Source: Gnetum montanum
Taxonomy: Eukaryota > Plantae > Gnetophyta
Reading direction: 5' to 3'
Length of the DNA stretch: 64,000 nt
Assembly (NCBI GenBank): GCA_015680685.1
Contig: MNCI01001903.1
Location: 415,148-479,147, forward strand
Position 1 is the stretch's first letter; every line of letters starts with the position of its first letter. The notes under the pieces were generated by a model. It had not been told where the DNA came from and did no database searches. It worked only from the letters and a program-made list of their open reading frames with translations. A program made the translations under genes and the position numbers. Below, piece by piece: positions 25,141-38,580 of this stretch.

Positions 25141-27095
25141 CTAAGTCTAGTACTATAAGCACATTACTTCTTACATCATAAATAAGTTTAATACCAATAA
25201 CATCCATTGATGTTCATAACTCCTACACATTATGAAAATGACTCCACTAGTCTTACCACATGGCATAAAAAGAATAAATGAGAAAAACATAAGGCTATAC
25301 ACCTTATAACATGCATATATATATGCATCAAACATGGAACTAGACCACATGACTTTATAACTTCTAACTAACATACAATGGACTAAGTAACATGAGGATT
25401 ATAAATTACTATATCTATGTTATTTTATGGTTTTTTTAACCTTTACTATTGGCTTGTGAGCCTTTTACATTTTTTACAACATTAGGCTAAAGTAGCCTTT
25501 GACAAATTGAATTATAAAATAATGAATACAAAATTTAAACATTGCAAAAAATACTAACATCATTGGAGGTAATGGAAAAATTTGAAGAGGATGATTAGGT
25601 GGATTTTTTTATAAATGAGAAGTGTAAAAAGAAAATTCATATTATTGGATAGTAGGTTGATGATATTTGGAAGGATAATAATAATGAGTTGTATGGGTAG
25701 CAAGACTAGTGGGAGAAACACATTTCTGTAAACAATAGCCATAAGAATCCATCTAGTGATAAGGATATTGTTTTCTAAATGGTGGCATCCCCCATGACTA
25801 TGGATTTGGATACTACAATTAATATTACTCTTGAAGTTTCAATAATGACTTATTTGGATAGTACTATGGTTAATTGGACCTCTTGTAATTGACTTGTGGA
25901 TATACAAACCTTTCAACATATATGTTTTTATGAACTTTGGATTAAGGGCATAGTTTTGTGACTCCTACATTAAAGTAATCATCTAGAACATGATTTTGAA
26001 AATCCCTTTTGAATGTTTATATTAACAGAATTTGTATTCATTGTTCCTATTTGAATTAGAATTAGACACCTTCTCAACCACACCCACTTTTTCTTTCTAC
26101 TTGTGGAGATCCTTTTCTTTTTATTTTCTTCTTTCTACTTTACTACTACTGCTTTTGCCTCTTTACATTCCAACATGAATCTTAATGTGTTTGTAATTTT
26201 TTCAATAACCACATCTTACATTTTATTGATCTTAACAACAATTTCAAATTAATGTGTATTTGGCAAATTCTTTTATTGAATCATCTCTTATAATGATTCA
26301 TATTAAATATCACATGTTCTAACTTCTTTTTTCTTATGGATGAGTCCTTGTTATATTCTTCGACATTCTATGGTTTCCTTAATTTTTCTTCTTTTTTGGC
26401 CACATAATCAATTATATTTTACACTCAATGGACATTCAATTCTGAGTCTTCCTTAGACATAGACTCTAAAAATTTCATGAGTCTTATTCTATAGCCAATT
26501 GATAATGTGGCAAATTGGCTCCTTCTAGGAGAAGTCATGGTCGAGGAATTAGTGAAGCAATGAGTAATACCTATTCAAGATTGCATATTAGTGATTTATG
26601 AATGTCACACTTCCACCCTTGGATTTATTTCCTAAAATTTCACACTCTTACATATGTCTAGAATTTCTTATTGAATGCCTCTAGCATAGTTCTCTATCTA
26701 TGGATGAAGTTAGACTCTAATGATCTATACTAACTCTTCACTTAATTGGTCAATGTCCAAGAAAATAGTTTTAACTTCTATTACTTACTTTCTATGTTTT
26801 AATCTTTTAATGTGATTCTACTTTTAATGTTCAAGTAGAACACACATAATATCATTTATCTAAATCACATTCCTTGTAGCTAAGAATGGTTCATCCTCAT
26901 TATTAGGCATGGTAATTTTTATATTTTAATCATTCTTATCTCACTAAATATTAAGTTTTGGTTCCCTTTGATCCGTTCTCCCTGCTATTGTTACCAAATT
27001 TCTTTTCATCCTTCTATGTTCTTCTTCATAGTCATCAAATAAGGAGAAATCATTAGAGGATGCATGTCAACTTTGCCTTCTCATAGAATTCATAT

Positions 27096-27400
27096 TGTAA
27101 CATCCCATTTCTAGATGTCATGACAAATGTCAAATATTCGTAACATTCAACATTATGCCTAAAGAAAATAATAGGGAAAATGTAGAAGAAAAATGAAAAG
27201 AATACTTTATTAATGTCGAATAATGTATATGGGTCATGCTCTAAGGGTTCCTTAGGGTTATCTTCCTTTGACATCTATCTCTTAGAGACAATCTAGTACT
27301 TCCACCATAGTTAGGCCTATAATGGGCTAGAAGGGATTACTAGTCACCTTTCTATCTTGCTTCACTTGACATGTGTTACTCACCTTTAATAACTTTGAAA
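27096..27400 (-). repeat. Truncated family B LTR
   Basis: tgtaacatcccatttctag terminus; rc matches ~39170-39458 (both give the spurious MSKEDNPK.PLEHD ORF). Confidence 0.8.
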
Positions 27401-27779
27401 CCCCTTCCTAATATGACTTTGTTTAGTGATTTATTTTATTATTTCAATGAATAAGTTTCATAACAAAAAGTATTTATTAGCAAAGGACAATACTCAATTT
27501 AATAAAACCATAATTGATCATATATAAGGCTAGGATTTTGGGTTATTAAAATATAATAAAAAATTCTATATTTTTAGAGTGATTTTATAACGCTATTTGG
27601 TATATAAAGATAAATATAGCTATATAACATAATTGAAAATTCCAAGTATAAGAATTTAAAATAGTAATTTTTTACAATAATGTAGTAATGTCATGTATAC
27701 AATGAATTTAATATAACATTTTCTACTATATTTCTAATGATTAGAATGAAAATATTCCAAATATAATGAAAACCTCCCT

Positions 27780-30090
27780 AAATACAAATTACGTCAAAGG
27801 ACCAGGCCAAGATAGCTTTCACAAGTCCTTGAGAGCCTTTTGCATATAAAAAGATGTTCTTTAGCCTTTGTAATACTCCTACAATCTTCCAATGTTTAGT
27901 CCTAAGCATCTTTTGGCAATAGATTGGTAGTGGTATGGAAATTTTCATGGATGACTTCTTCACCTATGGTACTAATTTTGAATAGGTATTGGACCATCTT
28001 GAGCAGGTACTTAAATGATGTTTAGAAACAAACCTGTGGCTCAACTAGTATAAGAGCCACTTGATGATCTGAGATGACATTATTTTAGATCACAAGATTT
28101 TAAAGAAAGGAATTGAGGCGAACCTTGAAAAAATAAGGGTCATCCAAGAAATAACCAAATAACCTTAAATTGTTAACTATGTGAGGTCAATCCTTGGTCA
28201 TATAGGTTATTATCAACACCTTATCAAAAATTTATGTAAAATCATTAAACCACTAGTAAAGCTTACCAAGAAAGATATAATCTTTACATGGACCAAGGAA
28301 TGCGAGCAAGCATTCCAACACATGAAGCAGAAGCTCATAGAAAATCCAATTCTACACATCCTAGATTGGTCCAAACCATTTCATATCATGATAGATGCAT
28401 CTAACTATGCCTTTGGAGTAGTTCTCACATAAATAGATGATAAAAATATTCATATTATATCCAATGTACAAATAGGAGCATTATGGATGTATAACTTAAC
28501 TACACCATCACTAATAGAACTCATGGTAGTGGTGTATGCCCTAGAAAAATTCAAGTACTGTGTGCTTAGATACCTAATTTTTGTATATATGGATTATAGT
28601 GCAATCTAATTCTTGGTGAACAAACCAATAGTAAGTCCCTATGTTATATGATAGTTGATGATCTTATAGGAATTTGATCTTACTATGGTGAATGGAAAAG
28701 GAACTGAGAATGTAGTTGTAGATCATTTATCTTGGTTAAGGTGGAATAAGATTGATGATGAAGAACTTTTATCTGATTAATTTTGAAATGAACTCCTCTT
28801 TGCTAAGTTCATCAAAGTTTAAGCACCAAGGATCACGAAATGGTATGATGAGTTCCTCTCATATGTACTCACATAGAAGACTTCTACATAATGAGATCAT
28901 AAGAAAAAAATAGCAATTTATTTACCAGATCAACTATTACATGAAGATCAAAGGCAACCTCTACAAGATTTATGCCGATGACTTAGTAAGATGGTGTATA
29001 CCCACTGCAAATTAGTAGAGAGTCCTCCATGATGCTCATGAAGGTCCTTGTGAGGGCCACTACATACGAAGAAGGAAAACTAGAAAGATTCTTATGGTAC
29101 GATACTTTTGGCCGACAATCTTTATTGATGCTCATCATTTCTTCCATTTATGTAAAATATGTCAAAGAGATGAAGAAACGACCATCCAAATAAAAGAAAC
29201 CCAATAATGAATTGAATCATTGGAGCCTTTCAACCATTGGGGTATTGATTTCATTAGAACCATTACTCCCATGTCTAATGGAAAAGTCTACATTATTATT
29301 ATCAATAACTACTATACTATGTGGGCTAAAGCTATAGATGCATTTGATTGTACATCTACCACAACAACCCAATTTTTTCAACAATAGGTCGTAAACAAGT
29401 TTGGTGTTCCTAGAATACTAATTTCTAATAATGAAATACATTTTATAGATTCTAATTTTCACAAGTTAATGCAATGTTTAGGGGTGCAACATAAACTTAT
29501 AACACCTTATCACACCCAAGCCAATGGTCAAGAAATGTTAGCAGTAGGAAAATCACAAGACTTCTAACATGAACCATTAGTAGATATAGGAAAGACTGGA
29601 GCACCAAACTTAACAATACTCTTTAGGTCTATTACTCAATATGGAAACTTCCTATAGGCTACTCTCCCTATGAATTAGTGTATAGAAGTTTACCCAAGCT
29701 TCTAATTCAAACTAAACTCTATACACATACAACTACTTATGAACTTCGTATAAATATTAACCTAGCACAAAAAGAATGACTTATGACACTTAACGTGCTA
29801 GATAAAAATTGAAGAGTAGTGCTAATGATGAATGAAGTGCACAAGGAACATAATAAATAACATCACAATGCACATATAATAGAAGTTACTTTCAAACTAA
29901 GAGACAAAGTTCTTTATTAGAATCCCATGCATGTACCACAATAAACTAAGTTCTAGATATTATGGGAAGGACCATACATTATCCATTCAACTTTTCCTTC
30001 TAGGGCTCAGATAATTTACCATCCAAAAACTCCTCAAAAACACATGTTAGTAAATGTCTAATAACTTAAACCATTCATGGTATCCTAAGT
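27780..30090 (+). pseudogene. pol: Athila-like pol remnant (RT - RNase H - integrase)
   Basis: MEIFMDDF (RT), VRSILGHIGYY...DWSKPFHIMIDASNYAFGVVL (RNase H), HDAHEGPCEGHY...CKICQR (zinc finger), FNHWGIDF, YHTQANGQ (integrase); gypsy domain order. Confidence 0.92.
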
Positions 30091-30819
30091 AACCACTGAT
30101 AATACTAACACCTCTAATCAAGAACAAGCATATTCCATTTTTCAAATCTCCTCCCTCCAACTTAGTTGTGGCAGAGATATTCATCTACCATAAAGCTTGA
30201 TGAGGAAAAAATATTTGTTTTGTTCCTTTTGTTTTATAATGTTCTTTATATTTTTTTTCATTTTCTTAATATTTTCTTAGTTATTTTATGTATTTCCTTT
30301 TATTTATTATTATCTTGTTCTTTTCTTGTTGATTTCATTCAATCTCATTTAAAATCTCATATTTTGTTCCATTGCTATTGTAAATTTTCAAAATTGTTGA
30401 ATGCAACTATCAAAGTTATGATTGATTAATAATAGAAAAAATTGTCCTTGGATTATGTTTCCTACTAATTTTCTATTAGTTTTCTAGTGGTATCATGGAG
30501 TGAGTTCACAATGTCCACCCACTTCATCTATTTCTTGTGGAGTCTACATCATGAGACCATGGGATTCCTTCACATTAAAACTAAAAATTAACACATGATC
30601 TTCTTACCTAATGAACTAGGAAATGAGAAAGTGAGAATGGAAAATAGTGTGATCTCAAGAGGACTTTATGTATTCTTTCTCAAACTCCTTCAGTTTTATG
30701 GATCTTCATAGATATCTCATCACTCCTTCTATTGAGCATAAAAAAAAAGCATATCTTTGCATGGTGTGGTTCCAATAAAAAAATAACATGAATTCAAAGT
30801 ACATTCCTTAGATAATATC

Positions 30820-33096
30820 TGTTGGTGACCGTTTGGGACGCGATCGCCCACGAGTGTCCTCGAATAGGATTTAGGTGCCTGCTGGTCTCTAGCTACACCC
30901 AGGCCCAAATACCTCCAAATAACTCAGTAGTTAATGTGAGTATGTGTGTGTGCTGTTGTGGCGTGCGGTTGTATGAAATGTGACAATTTCGTTGCGTGTG
31001 AACTACAAATGACGTACCCTAAAGAGATTCAGCCAACTTTGTCCACTACTGTGAGTTATTGAAAGTTTCCTATTTTGTTCAACTACCTAGTCTACGCAGT
31101 CCTTATAATACCTTCTTGTAACAAGTAAAATTTTGCAAAAACATTTGAGCACAACTCCGCAAATCTACTCCTAATTTTTCCCATAGAAAGAGGTAGTTCC
31201 ACAAGAAAACTAGAAATAGAGCAAGATTCAATGGAAATAGACAGAAAAGAAAAGAAAGCAGATTTGTGTNNNNNNNNNNNNNNNNNNNNNNNNNNNNNNN
31301 NNNNNNNNNNNNNNNNNNNNNNNNNNNNNNNNNNNNNNNNNNNNNNNNNNNNNNNNNNNNNNNNNNNNNNNNNNNNNNNNNNNNNNNNNNNNNNNNNNNN
31401 NNNNNNNNNNNNNNNNNNNNNNNNNNNNNNNNNNNNNNNNNNNNNNNNNNNNNNNNNNNNNNNNNNNNNNNNNNNNNNNNNNNNNNNNNNNNNNNNNNNN
31501 NNNNNNNNNNNNNNNNNNNNNNNNNNNNNNNNNNNNNNNNNNNNNNNNNNNNNNNNNNNNNNNNNNNNNNNNNNNNNNNNNNNNNNNNNNNNNNNNNNNN
31601 NNNNNNNNNNNNNNNNNNNNNNNNNNNNNNNNNNNNNNNNNNNNNNNNNNNNNNNNNNNNNNNNNNNNNNNNNNNNNNNNNNNNNNNNNNNNNNNNNNNN
31701 NNNNNNNNNNNNNNNNNNNNNNNNNNNNNNNNNNNNNNNNNNNNNNNNNNNNNNTGAAATCTTTATTCTAGCAAGCCATCTTCCAAGAAATCTTCTTTAC
31801 AAATCTTCCAAGTGTGATGTGTGAAGTTCCTTCTTGTTCCCTTCTTCATGCTTCTCCCCCCTTCTTCCTTTTATAGGGTTCAAAGGTAGGTAGGGAAGTA
31901 TCCAGCATTTCAATAATTATTTTTGCGGCTATGTTTCATTTGTTAGAAATATAATTATTTGTAAAATTAACTTTATGAAACAGTAAATACGCTATCTTTG
32001 GGGGAGGGTAAATATTTTTCAAGTGTTAATGTTTTCCAACACGGTTAACTGTGTTACTTTGCTTCCTCTGTGCGCGCTCCTTCCTTCCGCGATTTGCATT
32101 GCTTCTTCCTCCGGACTGCTCCGTCCGTTATTTTCCCTGCCCCCGCTCTGCATCGGATTGGCCCAAGGTCACGATTGCCGCTGTCGATTTGTGGCTGCCG
32201 TCGCCAAAACCCTGCCGCTGCTTTGCTACCGCCATTCCCGCGTCTCCCGCGTTTGCCATGGCTATGTCATCTATTGAACCCCAAAACACAATTGCAGTTT
32301 GAACAGCTTTTTCGCGGAGCTCGGCATCAGTTACTCATATCAACGGTGCAATAACTTGAATTTGAGAACCCCCTGCAATGGTGTCTTGCCCCTATTCGTG
32401 GGTAGCATCCAAGTTCGGCACATTCGTATTTTATTTGGTAGTTTTTTGCTGGTAACCATCCCGAATTGCAGGCATAGGCGTGGGCGTAGCAACCGGCTGC
32501 GTTCTGACCCTGTTTCATTCATCCGCTATCCTCTTTGGCCAGGAGATTAAGTTCATTGTAGAAACAGAATAAAGAAACCCTTCGCGGCAAGTGTTTGACA
32601 AAATTTTAAGTGGAATATGAATGGATTTCTGGCATTTTCTTGGCAACATTTTAGCAGCAAGCATCACTGCGTTTTTATTGCCATTGATACTACGTTTTTT
32701 CTCTTGGTGTTTAATCCTGTTTCTGATAGTATTTAGTAACTGTTTCTTCTCAACACAGAGTTCATTTCCTCTATTCTTTGGCTTTCATAATTCAGAAAAC
32801 TTTCATCATTCTTGAAAACTCTTGGTTTACCAAAAGAACCACATCATTTTTGAATATTATTTATCCTTGATATATTTGTGGTCAGGCCCTGTATATTCCC
32901 TGTCTGCCACCGTTACTGAGCCAATCTAAGTTTGTAATGTGCTGAAATATCACATTCTTTGCCCAATGTAAGGTAAAAATCAAATATGTGTTTATCATCA
33001 TAAAACTCCTCCGAATCTTAAACACCTATTTCATTTTTATTCTTCTTAAGCAAACTAAAACTCCTGCTCCATGTAGTGGCTGAAAATGTGCCAACA
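30820..33096 (-). mobile_element. Solo LTR family A, copy 2 (contains assembly gap)
   Basis: tgttggtg...tgccaaca termini; perfect TSD atatc (30815-30819, 33097-33101); 30820-31269 homologous to 2553-3002. Confidence 0.92.
31270..31754. other. Assembly gap (run of N)
   Basis: 485 N; both flanks map colinearly onto LTR A1 (~3002 and ~3634). Confidence 0.99.
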
Positions 33097-35169
33097 ATAT
33101 CATGGGCTACAAGCACTGGTTATAGTGCTAGAAATACATGTTACTCATGCCTAAAGGCACTCCTCTAACTAAGGTCCTACTTACTTCATATTTATTCTTT
33201 CTGTCTTGGAGTGATAATGGTTGTCATGGGTTCTTGAGGTAGAATAGAAGGGATATATTAATGCAAGATCATTGAAATTAGAATGGACTTGGTCTAGACT
33301 TGTAATGAATTAGTATTAGATCATCTTAATCATAAATTTCACTAAGGATCCTACATGACTAGGATGCAGATTATCCATCCATCGTTCTCTAACTACCATC
33401 CACTGACTTGATCTTCTATCACCTTATTGTCTCGTATCATGGTAATTTTATAGTTTTATTTTACAGTTCACATAATCATAAGGCAATTGCTCATATGGGT
33501 GTGAAACTTAACTTAAAATAACCATTCATTATCCTAGAAACCTATGGACTCCTTGTGATGTAGTTCTACAAGGGCATACTTAGCATGTGCCTACCTTAGA
33601 AAGGATCCACTTACATTTGTTTTAGCTTAACTTAAGCTAAATTTCCTAACCATAGGTCATTTGTACACTTGATCATCGCAGTAGCCTTAAAAAATCTATT
33701 TTTTTGTTGTCTTTTCCTTGGACTATCCTTTAACAAATCATCTGATGCATTCTAATTACTTCTATTTTCTGAACCATACTCTCTTTCATGTTGTTTCTAT
33801 GATTCTTCATCTTTTTTTACTTCCATTTGTCTCTTATTTTGATCCAAAACTTACCCAAAATTCCTCAATTTTCAAGTGAAAAATTTACCTATGAATAGCT
33901 ATGTCAATGCATCCTCATCGATGTAGTGGGATGAGTCAATGTAGCCTTGTTGACACATAGCAAAAATACCATAGATATGTGCAATACTTAGATTATTTTT
34001 CATCATTTATTTTAAATAAAAAATGAGTTTTTATGATTTTTTAAAGCTAAAGAATCTTCCAAGAACTCTAACTTTCAAACTACTTACTTGAATTTGCCCA
34101 TTCTTTGATGCTTGAGCTACTAGAGGTATGCTTTACTTCATGGGGGCATTAAACATTAGGGTCTTACAAAAAATTTTCTAACTCTTCATGAATAAGATAT
34201 TAAAAGAATATTAAACTAATAATCACAAGAGATAATATCAACAATCAACCTCTGTTAGAATGTGAATAAAATAATAACATAAGCTTACAATCACTTAATA
34301 AGAACTTAATGATGAAATTCCAATATCTAACTAATATTCATTACTTGATCTAATACAGAAAGGTATCTAAAGAAATCAAAATATTATGCCTAAGAACTAA
34401 TCCTAGGTTATGTTTGTGACTATAGATGGTACTCAAGAAAGGACCACAAGTAGGAGGGTTATTATAGCCCAGGGAAAAATGATCACGATGACAAAGGAGC
34501 CAATAACAATAACAACAATAACAATAATCCTAGTAGTAAGCAACCAAAGCTACTCATGCTACTGGAACCTTACAAGGAGGAGCCTAAAGTGGAATTTGTT
34601 CGGTAGATTCCTATATTAGAAATAGGATAATCTAGGAAGGATGAAGTTTTAAGGTCAAGAGCTAATATAGAGGTTACACTTATACAAGCTTGAGTGGAAA
34701 ATGTTTGAATGAAGAATATTTAGAGCTTCATGATGCAGAAGCTGAACTTTGGACCATTCCTAAAGCTTTTAGTAGAAGAGATCTAAACATAACTACAAGG
34801 CTCTCTTCTATGATCCATCCTCTCCACTAGTGAAGAATTACATGTGGGAGAGACATACCTCTTCTAGAACAACCAACAAGGAGATGTAACTATAAAGATT
34901 AAAGACATCACCATCTCCTACTTAGTTTAGGCAATAAAAAAGATCCTCAAAATTCTAGATACTAGGACAAAGCTAGCAAAGATATGAACATAAGAAAACC
35001 CTGAAGCAAAAATGGTATTTGGTTTATAGGGGACTCAAAGGAATTAGACATAAAGGGAGATGGAGAAACAAGATTGCCAATCCCAAGTGTATGTCAGGGC
35101 TTAGGTGGATTGTTGGGTTAGAAGAACGGTCTTTTCTTAGATCAAGTGTTTGAACCGCTCGATCGATGA

Positions 35170-38100
35170 ACCGGTTATAGATTAACAGCCTTGGTGGCAT
35201 TATGTTGTTGCAATTGAGCTAGGAGTTCACCCTACATAGATGGAGCAAGTGGTAGTTGTGTTGAGGGTGCAGGAAGATGTGTAGGAATAGGAGAAGGATA
35301 AGGGTAAAAGATGGTATCCGTCATTACATGTGGAGAATGAGTTTGATAATAATCAAGAGAGTAGTAGTGAGGTTGGAAAGTAGAAATGTGACTGGAAGAG
35401 TCACGTGGAGACAAGGATTGTTGAATGTAATACCCATATGCATTAGGTTGTTTGTAAGGGTATTTTTACCTTAGCAGTGCCAGTTCCCATGATTGTGGTT
35501 TCTACCACGATTGATATTACTCATATGGTTGCACTGGAGTTCCACTTGGATAATACTGTTACTGATGGAACTACCTAGAATTACCTTGAGGGTAAGGTGA
35601 TCTTCTAGGTGTTTGCCTTTGTGCTAGTCGTGGATTTAGGTCATACACTCCAAATTCCTATAAGTGCGACATAATAGGTTAACATCCATTAGGATGTTCA
35701 TAATGGTAGATGTCACATCCACCATTGTCATTTGATTCGGTTCCCACAACTTCCTCTATTATAGCAATCTTGCCCTTACCTCGTTGATTGGTACATTCAG
35801 CTTCCTTGCGCCTCCTACGATCATGATCATAACCTTGTTCTTTGAACTCTTTAGCAATTTTTAAGATAGGTTGAAATCAGCTATCCATGAAGTCCCATAA
35901 TTGATCAAACTTCGCCAAAATTTTAGAAGTGAATTTTGGAAGTGACAAGGTTTTCTTGATTTACCACCTCATTAAGTGCTGATTCTTTCTTACTATCATA
36001 GAATCAAACCTCCCTCTTGCAAATGGAAGGATCGTGGTTGTACTCATTTGTACTTTCTTGTTTTCTTAATTCTTCTTCTTCTTTTGCTACTTGATTAATC
36101 AACCTTTGGATTTGATGGGCTCTTAATTTTGACAATTGCTGTTGGGCATAAACATCAAGAATTCTCCTCGTTTTTTGATTGGAGCCCATCTACAATGTGG
36201 TGAAGTTGTTCCAATTCAAAATAACCATGGCTAAGACATCTATGCAATAAGGAATAGTATCAACCCCATCATAGCATCCAAGGGTTCATGTATTCCTTAT
36301 TTCCATCCTTGGATATGCCTCCTCAAGTTGGACACTCAGGAGTATGTATGATACTTGTCATTGAATAGTTCAAGCATTGTACTCCATTGTTTGATAGATT
36401 CTGGTTCTAAGAATTGGTACCAGCATTTTGATTCCTTAATGAGTATCTTGGGGAACAACTTAAGCTTTTTCCGCTCATTTTTTATATTCTGTGAGGCACA
36501 TGCATCTTGAAAAGCTTGGAGATGGCTTTGTGGATCTAAGTTGTATCCCCCTTCGAACCTAGGGATATTGTTTATGTTTAGCCTCTTGATCTAGCTATCC
36601 TTAATGTGCCTTGTAGGGATTCTCATTACCTTTGCAATATTTAGCATGCTCTAGGTAGCAAGAAAAGGCTCATTAAGGCCATGATACTAGTGCTTACGAT
36701 GTCCTCTGCTACCTCTTCGTTCATGGCAGTGGGTCTCTCTTGAACGACCACAACCTTGGTCTTGACTTGCCTGCTAGTTCCTTCAATTATCTTGGTCCCA
36801 TTGGCCATCCCCATCATGGCCATGTGTCCTATGATTGCAGTTGGAGCTAGAAGAGGAGGAAGATGACTATGAAGATGAAGAGGAAGCTGGACTAGCACCA
36901 TCACAGTGCCTGCTACTCCCTTTTCAATGGTCATGGTCATGATCATGATCTTGTTTCTTGTCCACATCCCTACCCTGACTCTCCTTCTTGGATCCCCCTT
37001 TGTTGTTGGATCCATTCTTGCTAGAACCAAGATTGTGGATCATGGATTATAGGTTCTAATTTTGGCCTCCTTCACTAAAGTCAAAGAAAGGAATTTCACT
37101 AAATGGAAAACCCCTAGAGAAAGGTTCTCCACCATCTTTTTGGTATAGCAAGTATGGGGAATCATTGAACCACCTCCCCTTCATAGATTCATAGTGTAGT
37201 TCTAGCTATTTATCCCTTAGACATTGTGCCTCAATGGGATGATAATCCTTGGTGTCATTATCTTATATAATGTACTCAACATGAAGTCCCTAGAGGTCCA
37301 AATGCACAAGATTTTGTTATAGCATTACAAGAACAGATCGATTGGGTGACAACACGATGTTGCCCTCCATGTCATGCCACCATAGCTATTCATCCTAGTG
37401 TAGGATGAAGGTGCAGTTGGGTACATACTCATTAGGATGAGCATATACTACTCTGTATTGTTGGGGCACATGCTAATGTACCTCGTCAGACTTGGTCAGA
37501 GAATCACTCCTATGAAAAGAAGACATCTTATGTTAGAGAAATAAAAATGTAGTGTGCTTTTTAAAATTTTTGTAGTTATTTTAAAGTATCATATGACTAT
37601 AGGGTTCATTCCAATAATTTTCACCAAATCCTAGATAGTGCACTTAACAACTAAAAGTCCCTAGAAATGATGCCAATGATGAGAGATGAGGTACCCCTAC
37701 TTCCAACCATACAAATCACAAGCATTCATGCGTGATCTGGTCGAATTGTGTAGACCTTAAGGTCTTAAGTACATTAGTTCTAGGACATGAAATCTATTCA
37801 TCACAATTGTTGCCTTCTCAAATATATTTATGAGCTTAATTTTATGGTAAGTATAATTGAGGCACATGATTTATCTACGATTAAGAACAAGTTAAAATGT
37901 AATTTATAATCAATTTAACTTAGTCTAATTGCTAATCAATAACTAACTATCTTAACATATGTATCCAATCCTACTTTCTATGCACATCTTGAACACGTAT
38001 AACACTTCTGGGTTACAAAACATTAAGTGTTGTTGGGATTACCAAGGGTCATATGCATGCTTGAAGTAGTTGTACTTATGTGCTTAACTAATAAACTATT

Positions 38101-38580
38101 ATTGAATATGAGTAGCCTACTTTAGCATAATTACTTAGAAGCATCAAAGGAAATTACATGAAACATTAAATGCATGAATAAGATATTTAAGCTAGGCAAG
38201 GTGCTACAAGGTTTGATTAGAAAGCTTGTCTTTATTTGTGCACACATTGCCATGCTTAGGTATAATAGTGCTCAAATAAAGGTCCATACACTCAATGACT
38301 CCTGCTGTAGGCACTTTGGAAAATATTCTAACTTTGGAGAAAATAAACTACAAGAGATTTTCTATGCTATGACAAAAACCATATGGAAACCATGTTCCCA
38401 CGCGCTATATTTATAGGCTGGCATATACCTTGCAATATTGGATATGCAACATCACATCTTGGCATCCGATATCTAATATCCGATATCGAGGCTTCAATAT
38501 TGCATACATGATATTAGAGCTAGTCAAAACGTGATTCATAATTTATATTGTTAAGCATGAGACATATTCATTCCTCATTA
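35170..38580 (-). mobile_element. Family D copy (LTR 37677-38580, PBS, gag remnant)
   Basis: FEGGYNLDPQSHLQAFQDAC...KLKLFPKILIKESKCWYQFLEPE; PBS remnant ccctagaaatgatgcca next to LTR terminus tgatgag; other terminus ctcatta. Confidence 0.75.

Noticed and set aside
25140-27095. Possible decayed coding sequence on the minus strand
   Set aside because: Too degraded; no motif could be supported
31231-31824. Long ORFs in the ORF track
   Set aside because: Artefacts of the N gap
32299-32390. NSFFAELGISYSY...RTPCNGV as a copia integrase core
   Set aside because: Short, wrongly spaced resemblance with no flanking integrase motifs
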